A stretch of 47,325 nucleotides of DNA. Source: Chloroflexota bacterium. Its GTDB lineage: Bacteria; Chloroflexota; UBA6077; JACQUR01. The stretch lies in contig JACQUR010000063.1 in NCBI GenBank assembly GCA_016210245.1, forward strand, positions 1 through 47,325. The letters run 5' to 3'. A program made the position numbers and the translations under genes. The notes below the pieces were generated by a model, which worked only from the letters and a program-made list of their open reading frames with translations, ran no database searches and had not been told where the DNA came from. Shown here one piece after another: positions 8,290 through 16,122 of this stretch. Each line of letters opens with the position of its first letter. The first letter of the stretch is position 1.

Positions 8290-9030
8290 ATGGACACGGT
8301 AGAGGTGGCATCCGAAGCGCTGGCTGAGCACTTCGCTGTGCGGGGCATGACCTGCGGCTCGTGCGTGCGCCACGTGACAGCCGCCCTCACGGCCGTGCCC
8401 GGCGTGCAGTCCGCCCAGGTCGATCTTGCGGCTGGCACCGCCACCGTGCGGTGTGATCCGGCCACCGCCTCGTTTCAGGCGCTGCAAGAGGCGGTAGCCG
8501 CGGCTGGCTACGCCCTCGATCAGACGGTGGAGCAGCCCCGCACTGGCCCATCGTGGCGCCCGTTCGCCTTCGGGCTGCTGGCTGCGCTGGCACTGCTGGG
8601 CTTCTACCTGGGCGTCATCACCCTGGCTCAGGGCTGGACCCATGCGGTACAGCAACTGGGCGAGGACCGCTGGTTCATCGCCGCCATCGCGACCGGGTTC
8701 GGCACCCAGTTGGGCCTGTTCACCGCCCTGCGAGGCCTGCATGCCGGACGGACAGCGACTGGCGTGGCCGCCAGCACGGGCACCAGCACCGCCGCGATGC
8801 TGGCCTGCTGCGCCCACCACCTGGTCGACATAGTTCCGATCCTCGGCCTGTCTGCGGCCACCCTGTTCCTGAGTGAATACAAGACACCGTTGCTCTGGCT
8901 GGGGATTGGGATGAACCTGGCCGGCATCGCCTATCTCCTGTGGCAGCTTCGCCAGCAGCGCACGATGGCCTGTCTCAGCAATGGTGGGCTGGCTATTCTC
9001 GGCGCGGTGCTCGGCGGCACCCTGAGGTGA
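8290..9030 (+). CDS. HMA (GMTCxxC) domain fused to a 4-TM membrane domain with a CCAHH motif; the 3' end runs into an lgt remnant
   Basis: FAVRGMTCGSCVRHVTAAL...ATVRCD is an HMA fold, followed by TM helices (...AAMLACCAHHLVDIVPILG...). ATG at 8290. The last 15 residues GGLAILGAVLGGTLR are lgt-derived. Confidence 0.6.
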   Translation: MDTVEVASEALAEHFAVRGMTCGSCVRHVTAALTAVPGVQSAQVDLAAGTATVRCDPATASFQALQEAVAAAGYALDQTVEQPRTGPSWRPFAFGLLAALALLGFYLGVITLAQGWTHAVQQLGEDRWFIAAIATGFGTQLGLFTALRGLHAGRTATGVAASTGTSTAAMLACCAHHLVDIVPILGLSAATLFLSEYKTPLLWLGIGMNLAGIAYLLWQLRQQRTMACLSNGGLAILGAVLGGTLR

Positions 9031-9291
9031 CCGGCGATGCCCTGGGGCCAGCTACGGACGGAAGCTGGGGCATCGTCTACCTGAACCCGGGCGCCATGGC
9101 GCAGCAGCTCGGCGTGGCCTATCAGCCCACCTTCCCTGCGCATGGAGACCGTCTGGTTCCTGGGCCTCCAGGAGGCCCAACTCCTGGCGCTGGGTAGCAT
9201 CGCCCTGGCTGCCATCTGGGCCACCTGGCGGCGTCGGCCCGTGCCTGCCCGCGCCGTGCGCAGGCGCAAGCTGGCGCGGGGAAGGGGCTGA
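8980..9291 (+). pseudogene. lgt: prolipoprotein diacylglyceryl transferase remnant (three collinear segments in different frames)
   Basis: NGGLAILGAVLGGTL / VTGDALGPATDGSWGIVYLNPGAMAQQLGVAYQPTF / ETVWFLGLQEAQLLALGSIALAAIWATW match, in order, residues of the intact Lgt encoded at 18231-19037. Confidence 0.75.
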
Positions 9292-9371
9292 GTGCCAACC
9301 TGAATAGGTTGGAACGGGCCGACCTACTGGCACGGTTGCTGGCCCCGGAGGCCGCCGCCGGCCGGTGGGAA

Positions 9372-9444
9372 GCGGGGGCTTGTCCCCCGCCCCGCGCCCC
9401 GCAGGCTGGGTGCCCACGGGCGGGGGACAAGCCCCCGCGCTACG
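9372..9444. repeat. pair of inverted GC-hairpin REP units (GCGGGGGCTTGTCCCCCGC ... GCGGGGGACAAGCCCCCGCGCTACG)
   Basis: 9372-9390 and 9420-9444. The 25-mer at 9420-9444 recurs identically at 45447-45471. Confidence 0.85.
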
Positions 9445-9651
9445 GGTCGCAGGCGATGCTTGGATCCTTATGCAGCGATCAGTAGATAGGCGTCACGTGC
9501 GGGAGCTCGTGCAGCGCCTGGGGGCGCTGGAGGGCTTTAACCGGCCCGGTCGCGACCAGCAGCTTGCCCTCTTTGATCTCGAGCTGAAGGTCGCCTGAGC
9601 GTTCGCTGAGGCAGAGGGGGTGACTGCGCTGTTCAGGCAGGTGGTTGGCGA

Positions 9652-11073
9652 TCAGCTCTCCAGAGGCAGCCGTACCGTCGCCGTCGTCCCCTGGTTGGGC
9701 GCGCTCGTCAGTGTGATCTTGCCCCCGTGCTGCTCGGCGATCCAGCGCGCGATGGACAGGCCCAGCCCGGTGCCGCCCGGATCGCGGGCGCGGGCCGGGT
9801 CGGCGCGGTAGAAGCGCTCGAAGACGTGCGGCAGGTCCTGGGACGAGATGCCCACACCCGTGTCGCAGACGACGATCTCCGTCGCCGCGCTGTTGCGCTC
9901 GAGGCCGACGGTGACCCGCCCGCCGTCGGGAGTGTATTTGAGGGCATTGTCCATCAGGATGAGCAGCAGTTGCTTCAGTCGATCCGGGTCGCCCCGCGCC
10001 AGGGCCGGTTCGAGCCTCGCCACCTCGAGTCGCTGGCCCTGTGCCAGGTGGCGCGCCTCGCCCAGCGCGTCCAGCAACACCCGATCCAGCTCCACGCGCT
10101 GGTGACGCAGCGGCTGGCCGGCGTCGGCGCGCGCGAGCGCCAGCAGGTCGGCCACCAGGCGCGCGAGGCGGTGGGCCTCGTGGCTGGCCTCATGCACCGC
10201 TTCCTGCCGCTCAGCCGGCGCCATGTCGGGCTGACGCTCGAGCAATTCCAGGTTGGCCTGGATGGCGGTGAGCGGCGCCCGCAGCTCGTGCGAGGCGTCG
10301 GCCACGAAGCGCTGCTGGGCCCGATAGGCCCCCTCCAGGCTGGCCAGCATCTCGTTGAACGTGGCCGCCAGTTGCCCCAACTCATCGCGCCGGGCGCCGA
10401 CCGGCACCCGCCGGCCGAACTCGCGGGAACGCTCGATGGCCGCCGCGGCCTCGGTGAGGGTCGCCACCGGGCGGAGGGCGCGCCCGGCCAGGAGCCGGCC
10501 TGCACCCAGGGTCACCGCGGCCGCGACCACTGCCAGCAGGGGCACGAGCTGGCGGAGGCGTGCCAGGGAGGCGTCGATCCCGCCCAGCGGCGCCATCGCC
10601 ACCAGGTACTGGCCTGCTCCATCGAGCGGCAGCACATACAGGCGCCAGCGGCTGCCCTCGGAGCCGGCGAGGAGACCAAAGGCTCCGGGCCCGGCGCGCA
10701 CGGTCGCGAACGGCGGCGCGAGCCCCGCCAGCGCGTCGTAGGCCGGTCCGGATGGGCGAGTCAGCGCGGTGTCTGGGTCGACCGACGGAGCCGGCGCGTC
10801 GTTGGACGATGCCGCCAGCACCTGGCCGCCTGGCCCATAGATGCGCATCACCAAGCCGGGGAGGATCGGCGTTTCGAGCATGGTCGCCAGCTCGTCCGAG
10901 GTACGCGCAGCCACGTACGTGCCCGCCGCGTGCTCGACCGCGCCCTCCAGCGCCTGGTCCAGGTCGTCGTACTGGATACGGCTGAAGATGGCGTAGGCCA
11001 GCAGTCCCGCCAGCAGAACGATCAGGCCGGTCAGCCCGCCGTACCAGAGCGCCAGGCGCAAGCGCAGCGACAT
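9652..11073 (-). CDS. sensor histidine kinase (TM-HAMP-HisKA-HATPase_c)
   Basis: 473 aa. H-box ADASHELRAPLTAI, N/G boxes ...DNALKYTP..., ...DTGVGI..., ...GTGLGLSIA. Confidence 0.9.
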   Translation of the reverse strand: MSLRLRLALWYGGLTGLIVLLAGLLAYAIFSRIQYDDLDQALEGAVEHAAGTYVAARTSDELATMLETPILPGLVMRIYGPGGQVLAASSNDAPAPSVDPDTALTRPSGPAYDALAGLAPPFATVRAGPGAFGLLAGSEGSRWRLYVLPLDGAGQYLVAMAPLGGIDASLARLRQLVPLLAVVAAAVTLGAGRLLAGRALRPVATLTEAAAAIERSREFGRRVPVGARRDELGQLAATFNEMLASLEGAYRAQQRFVADASHELRAPLTAIQANLELLERQPDMAPAERQEAVHEASHEAHRLARLVADLLALARADAGQPLRHQRVELDRVLLDALGEARHLAQGQRLEVARLEPALARGDPDRLKQLLLILMDNALKYTPDGGRVTVGLERNSAATEIVVCDTGVGISSQDLPHVFERFYRADPARARDPGGTGLGLSIARWIAEQHGGKITLTSAPNQGTTATVRLPLES

Positions 11074-11076
11074 CGG

Positions 11077-11751
11077 CTAGGCCTCCCGCAGCACGTAGCC
11101 GGAGCCGCGCAGGGTGTGGATCAGGCGCGGCTCGCCCTCCGCTTCCAGCTTCTGGCGAAGCTGCCGCACGTACACCTCCAGCACGTTGCTGTTGCCGCCG
11201 AAGTCGTAGCCCCAGACGCGGTCCATGAGGAACTCCTTGGGCAGCACCCGCTGGGGGTGCTCCAGGAACTGGCGAAGCAGGTCGTATTCGGTGGTCGTCA
11301 GGTCGATCTCGCGCGCTCCCCGCCGTGCCCGCCGCGCGCCGGTATCCAGGCTGAGGTCGGCAAAGCGCAGCACGGCGGGGCGCTCGGCTTCGCGCCGCCG
11401 CAGCAGCGCCCGTACCCGGGCCAGCAGCACCTCGAAGGTGAAGGGCTTGACCACGTAGTCGTCGGCGCCCTGCTCCAGCCCCTGCACCTGGTCGGCGGGA
11501 GCATCCCGGGCCGTCAGCAGCAGGACCGGAAGCTGGCCATCGGCGGCCCGCAGCCGCTGGAGCACCTCCAGGCCGTCCGGGCCGGGCATCATGACGTCCA
11601 GGATGACCAGGTCCGGGTAGCGGTCGCGGGCCAGGGCCAGCCCCTCCGGCCCGGAGGCGGCGGTGTCGACGGCAAAGCCCTCGTAGGCCAGGCCGCGCTT
11701 GAGCACGCTGGTCACGGCCGGATCGTCGTCGATCACCAGGATACGCTGCAT
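11077..11751 (-). CDS. OmpR-family response regulator
   Basis: MQRILVIDDDPAV...DLVILDVMMPG...VKPF... receiver plus a winged-helix C-terminus (...LIHTLRGSGYVL). The ORF extends to 11772; ATG 11751 is preferred. Confidence 0.9.
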   Translation of the reverse strand: MQRILVIDDDPAVTSVLKRGLAYEGFAVDTAASGPEGLALARDRYPDLVILDVMMPGPDGLEVLQRLRAADGQLPVLLLTARDAPADQVQGLEQGADDYVVKPFTFEVLLARVRALLRRREAERPAVLRFADLSLDTGARRARRGAREIDLTTTEYDLLRQFLEHPQRVLPKEFLMDRVWGYDFGGNSNVLEVYVRQLRQKLEAEGEPRLIHTLRGSGYVLREA

Positions 11752-11983
11752 GCCGCTGCTCCTCCCCCTCATCGCCTGGCTCCTGCCTGCTGGCCTCCAG
11801 GTGGCCTGGAAGCCGTGCGCGATGGCTCCTCGCTCCCCATCGCCCGGGGCCCCAGGAGTAGACCCGTTGCAGATCGAGCCGGCCAGACCGACGGCCCCAC
11901 TGACAAAATGGTAGAGGCTGTCGAGGCGCGAGACAATCCTCTCGACGGGAGGCGCTCGGCGTGCGCCCCGAGGCTGCTCAACC

Positions 11984-12823
11984 TCAGCCCGGCCGCCCCG
12001 GTTTGTGCAGCATGGCCACCGCGGCTGTGGTCAAGGGACCGGCGAAGCGCTGGGCCGAGACCAGCCCCGGGAAGCGGCGGTACTCGGCTTGGCGGAGCAG
12101 GTGCGCGCTGAAGAAGCGCCAGACTGGCTCCAGCAGACGCGTGCGCCAGGTCTCGGACTCGACCTCAAACAGCAGGAGCACGTAGCCGCCAGGACGCAGT
12201 CGTTCCCAGGCCTTCCCTACCACCCGCCCGGGGTCGGGCAGGTGCTCGAACACGTAGGTCGAGACGACGAGGTCGAAGGGCCCTTCCGGCAGCGGGTCGC
12301 GCAGCAGGTCCAATTGCTGGAAGCGCGCGTTTGCCCGGTGGCCGAACTTGGCCCTGGCACGGGCCAGCATGGCCTCGGAGAGGTCGACTCCGGTGTAGCA
12401 GCCGAAGGGCAGGCCCTGGGCCAGCAGGCGCTCCAGGTTGGCGCCGGTGCCGCAGCCCAGGTCCAGCACCTGGCCGCCGGGCAGCAGGTGCGTCGCCAGC
12501 GCCCGGTCGAAGGCGCGGTGCGCGTCGCGGTCGAGCCAGTCTCGCCACAGCCAGCTTGCAGCGTCGTAGACGCCAGCGACGGCGTGGTAGAGCGACCGCA
12601 CGTCCACCGGCGCCCGGGCCAGGGCGGCCAGCCCCAGGCCGGCTTCGGCCGCTCCGGCGAGGCGGAGCAGCCAGGGCGGACGTCTGGCCAGCCACTCGAT
12701 CGCACGGCGGTAGCGGCTGGGGGCGGCGCCGACCCACCACTGCCGTACATAGGCGCGGCCAGCGACAAGCAGGAGGAGCCCGTCGAAGAGGAGGAGCGCG
12801 CCAAGCCAGCGGAGCAGCGACAT
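11984..12823 (-). CDS. class I SAM-dependent methyltransferase with N-terminal TM segments
   Basis: VLDLGCGTGAN motif I, ...FDLVVSTYVFEHL..., ...LRPGGYVLL.... ATG at 12823. An alternative GTG at 12967 overlaps the upstream stop. Confidence 0.75.
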   Translation of the reverse strand: MSLLRWLGALLLFDGLLLLVAGRAYVRQWWVGAAPSRYRRAIEWLARRPPWLLRLAGAAEAGLGLAALARAPVDVRSLYHAVAGVYDAASWLWRDWLDRDAHRAFDRALATHLLPGGQVLDLGCGTGANLERLLAQGLPFGCYTGVDLSEAMLARARAKFGHRANARFQQLDLLRDPLPEGPFDLVVSTYVFEHLPDPGRVVGKAWERLRPGGYVLLLFEVESETWRTRLLEPVWRFFSAHLLRQAEYRRFPGLVSAQRFAGPLTTAAVAMLHKPGRPG

Positions 12824-12963
12824 CTGCGCCGTGGGCTCACCCCAGGAAAGGCGCGCCACCTCGGGCGTCTTGCTGAGACGATCCGGTACTGCGGCCACTC
12901 CGGTGGCCGGGCTGACGACGGCGCCCTGGATGGCAGGTGCGCGAAGAAAGCCAATGACGTAGT

Positions 12964-13392
12964 TCACGGCTCCTCCCTGGCCTCGCGCGCCTCGAGTGCC
13001 TCCGGGAAGGGCAGCATGTGCGCGGCCAGCGCCTCGGTCTGCTGCGCGATGGCCCAGCAGTTGCGCTCGTCGTCGTCGATGGTCAGGTGCAGCGCCTTCT
13101 CCCGCACGACCTGCGCCTTGAACTCCGGCACGGTTCCAGGCCAGTCGTTCGGGCGCATCACCAGCTCCGTGTAGCGGATGCCCAGGGAGGCGAGGAACGC
13201 CTCGGTCTCCTGGCGACGGCGCTCCCACCGACCGGTGACGATGTAGGCTTGGTCACCGTGCGCCAGAAGGGCGTCGATGAGCCGCTTGAAGTGGCGCGGC
13301 GCCTGGGCGATGGTCCCATCGATATCGATACCAAAGCGCAGCCCCTCGCGGGCCTCTACCGATCGTTTTGGCGGCAACGTTGGCTCTGACAC
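12964..13392 (-). CDS. HAD-superfamily-like phosphatase/nucleotidase
   Basis: FGIDIDGTIA (DxDxT) motif. A GTG start at 13392 avoids overlap with the upstream gene; the ORF extends to 13530. Confidence 0.5.
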   Translation of the reverse strand: MSEPTLPPKRSVEAREGLRFGIDIDGTIAQAPRHFKRLIDALLAHGDQAYIVTGRWERRRQETEAFLASLGIRYTELVMRPNDWPGTVPEFKAQVVREKALHLTIDDDERNCWAIAQQTEALAAHMLPFPEALEAREAREEP

Positions 13393-13481
13393 GTGCTCAC
13401 CATCCCGGCTGGTCGTGGGGTGAGCGCTCGTCTTCCGACTCGCGTACAGCGGTGCAGGCCGGCTGCGGCATCGGACCGCGC

Positions 13482-14090
13482 TCAGCTCCCAAGCGTGCTC
13501 CTGAGCTGCTCGCCCGCGTGGGCCATCCATTCACCGGCGGCGGTCACCCGCTGGCCCAAACCCATCATCGTCTGGCCGTCCTCGGCAAGCCAGCCGGCCT
13601 CCTCCTGCATCGACCCATCGCCGGACGCTGCGGCCCGCTCGCGCATCGTCCCCGCTTGCTGGCGCATGTCCTGGCCATGCTCCTGAAGGGCGCGCCCCTC
13701 ATAGACCATCGCCTTGCCGTCGCCGATGAGCTTGATCACGTCCCCGGCCGCACTGGGTGGGTGCCGCATCCCCCAGGCGCTCTGCGCCATCCGCCCGGCC
13801 AGCGCCAGCAGCGCCTGACCACCCTGCTGGAGGTGCCGCCCGTCGTCGATCCAGCCAGCATTGCCCAGGCGTTCACCAGTCGCCACCAGGCGCTCGCCGT
13901 GGCTGATCATGCGCTCCGCGTGGGTCTTGGTCGCCTGCGCCGCCTCAGTCATGGCCTGGCCGTCGGTGGGCGCGGCTGCCCGTGCCCCGGCCGTCTCGGG
14001 GCTCGGCGTCGGGGCAGGCGCCGCGGCCGGGGCGCAAGCGGCCAGCATGGCAGCGCCAAGGATCAGCATCAACCCGGTCTTGATTCGCAC
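13482..14090 (-). CDS. Met/His-rich helical-repeat lipoprotein
   Basis: Signal peptide with lipobox ...LGAAMLAAC. The mature part is built of repeats such as HAERMISHGERLVATGERL / GRALQEHGQDMRQQAGTM / DGQTMMGLGQRVTAAGEWM. Confidence 0.55.
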   Translation of the reverse strand: MRIKTGLMLILGAAMLAACAPAAAPAPTPSPETAGARAAAPTDGQAMTEAAQATKTHAERMISHGERLVATGERLGNAGWIDDGRHLQQGGQALLALAGRMAQSAWGMRHPPSAAGDVIKLIGDGKAMVYEGRALQEHGQDMRQQAGTMRERAAASGDGSMQEEAGWLAEDGQTMMGLGQRVTAAGEWMAHAGEQLRSTLGS

Positions 14091-14341
14091 CTGGTCCAGG
14101 CCTCGCTTTCCTGGGATGCAAGAGGCACGGCGCGCAGCACGCACAGCGCCGGCGTCGAAGGCCTTTCCGTCGCCGCTATCTCGTCGGCTAGCCCTCGGTA
14201 TGCAGGACGGGGACCAGCCGGAGCCGCTGCAACCTGCGGTCAAAGCTCGCCATGGCGAGCACGGGATATGCAGGGTGACGAGTCGGGGCAGCCGGGGCGG
14301 ACGATGTCCCGCCTCGATGGCTGTCCGGCTGGGAGGTGGCC

Positions 14342-14554
14342 GTGCGCGTCTTTAGCCGCGGGCCTCTGCGTCAGGCGCTTCTCACGCCCCTGGCGCTGGC
14401 GCTGCTGCTCTGGCTCTGCAGCCTGCCGCTGCTCGCGCTCATCGCCCTGCCCCTCCTGGGCGAGCGTGCTACTCTGGTCCTTGCCCTCGCCCTGCTGGGG
14501 GGAGAGTTGCTGCTCTGCTGGTTCCTCTGTTACGGGCGCCGGCGGCTGCCATAA
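14342..14554 (+). CDS. small hydrophobic (2-TM) hypothetical protein, antisense to the dead tail of the copA remnant
   Basis: GGGAGG at 14331-14336, then GTG at 14342. Leu-rich TM-like sequence. No family assignment. Confidence 0.25.
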   Translation: MRVFSRGPLRQALLTPLALALLLWLCSLPLLALIALPLLGERATLVLALALLGGELLLCWFLCYGRRRLP

Positions 14555-15680
14555 CGGAGGGCGTTGATCCGGGTGACCGTGCTCGTCGAGGCGGGTGATC
14601 CTTGCCCCTGCCCGCTCGTCCTGACATCGACTCGTCCACCGCCGAGTAGCCCTCCAGGACAGTCCCATCCACCGGGATCTGCTCGCCCGGGCGCACCACG
14701 ATGACGTCCTCGACCTGCACCTGCGCGGCCGGGACCTCCACCTCCTGGCCGTCGCGGAGCACGCGGGCGATCCTGGGCCGCAGCTTCAGGAGCTTGCGGA
14801 TGGCCTCCGAGGTCTGGCCACGGGTGAGCGCCGCGAGGTAGCGGCCCAGGATGATGAAAGCCGTCAGCAGCGCCGCTGCCTCGTAAAAGGTCGCCCGCTC
14901 GCCTCCCAGGCCGAGCTGCGGCCAGAACGTATTGATGACCGCGATGAAGTACGCGGCGCCGATGCCGGAGGCGTACAGGAGGTTCATGTCCCGCACGCCG
15001 TGGCGCAGCCCCTGGTAGGCGTTGACGAAGAACTGGCGCGCAGGGCCGAACACGATCGGTGTGGTCAGGAGGAACAGCACCCACCGGTAGCCGAGGAACT
15101 CCGGCACGATGGCGGGCAGGATCCAGTACTCCCAGAAGGTCCCCAGCATCACCAGGAGGGCCAGGGGCCAGGAGATGAGCATGTTGCGCCCCTGGCGGGC
15201 GATCTCCCGCCGACGAGCCTCCCGCTCCCGGTCGATGGCCTCGGCCTCCTTGACCTTCTCGGCGGCCTCGTAGCCCAGCTCGCGGATGACCTGGAGCATC
15301 TCGGCTGGCCCTGTGACCCCTGGGTAGTACTTGACGGTAGCGGTGGCCGCCGGGAAGCTGACGCTGGCCCTGGTGACGCCCTCCATCTCTCTGAGAGCCC
15401 GCTCGACGAGCTGAGAGCAGTGCTCGCTGCTCATCCCGAAGATGGACAGCGCCACCTCCTCCTGAGGAACCGAATAGCCGACCTCGGCGATGGCCTTCAC
15501 CAGGGCCAGCGGCCTCACCCGGTTGGGGTCGTAGACGATGGTGGCGCTCTGGGCGGCAAAGTTGACGCTGGCCTCGGCCACGCCCGGGAGGGCCTGGAGG
15601 GCCCGCTCGATGGTCCGGACGCAGGAGGCGCAGTCCATGCCGCCCACCGGCAGCACGAGGCGCCGGGTGGCCACCGTCAT
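14469..15680 (-). pseudogene. copA: copper-translocating P-type ATPase, N-terminal ~350 residues only
   Basis: Two HMA domains (GGMDCASC; degenerate GMSSEHC) and TM1-4 up to ...VDGTVLEGYSAVDESM. Homology ends near 14622, before the TGES/CPC/DKTGT regions, and the frame then runs into nonsense. Confidence 0.75.
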
Positions 15681-15982
15681 GCCCGCGCCTCCCGAGCCCC
15701 GCTCCAGGCGTTGTAGAGCAGCGCCCAGACCGCGCCGAACAGCCATGCCCCGATCGCCACCGTCACCAGGCCGATGATGAACTGGGGCAGCGTGACGAAC
15801 AGCCTGCCCGGGACGAGCGCTGATGCGTCCAGGAAGAGCCAGGCCCCGTACAGGGCCAGCAGCGGCCCCGGAGCGACCAGGACCAGGAACGCTCCAAGCG
15901 CATAGCAAGCAGCTCCAACCACCGCCAGGGCGGTGGCGAAAGGCGCGACCGCGATCGCGGCCCGTCGCTCAACGCTGATCAT
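15677..15982 (-). CDS. small 3-TM membrane protein translationally coupled to the copA remnant
   Basis: 101 aa, hydrophobic. GGAGG RBS. The stop overlaps the copA ATG (ATGA at 15677-15680). Confidence 0.5.
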   Translation of the reverse strand: MISVERRAAIAVAPFATALAVVGAACYALGAFLVLVAPGPLLALYGAWLFLDASALVPGRLFVTLPQFIIGLVTVAIGAWLFGAVWALLYNAWSGAREARA

Positions 15983-16032
15983 GACTAGCCTCCTTGCACT
16001 CGCGTGAGAGTGTGCTCTCAGCCTCTACTGTC

Positions 16033-16049
16033 TGGCATCGGGCATGCCA
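16033..16049. promoter_or_regulatory. candidate operator TGGCAT-N5-ATGCCA
   Basis: Perfect 6-bp inverted repeat about 50-65 nt upstream of the 15982 start, in the only intergenic gap before the membrane-protein/copA unit. Confidence 0.3.
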
Positions 16050-16122
16050 CAACTGACAAATCCTCACCTGTTGTTCGGGTTCTTCAGGTAACCCTCAGCT
16101 CGGCGCTGGCGTCGCCGGGCCC

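Noticed and set aside
9455-9600. A possible AbrB/MazE-type antitoxin remnant on the minus strand (...SGDLQLEIKEGKLLVATGPVKAL...), or a 42-aa plus-strand ORF (MQRSVDRRHVRELVQRL...).
   Set aside because: Both strands are open. There is no start codon or RBS on the minus strand, and the similarity is too short to support a call.
9727-12111. Very long ORFs on the opposite strand or in alternative frames of clear genes. Examples: 9727-12111 (+), 42394-45207 (+), 17853-19874 (+), 639-2300 (-), 28255-30327 (+), 28304-30406 (-), 22939-24408 (+).
   Set aside because: They are typical stop-codon-poor shadow ORFs of ~70% GC DNA. Their translations are Arg/Pro/Gly/Ala-rich nonsense without motifs, and each overlaps a gene with clear family signatures, an RBS and coupling.
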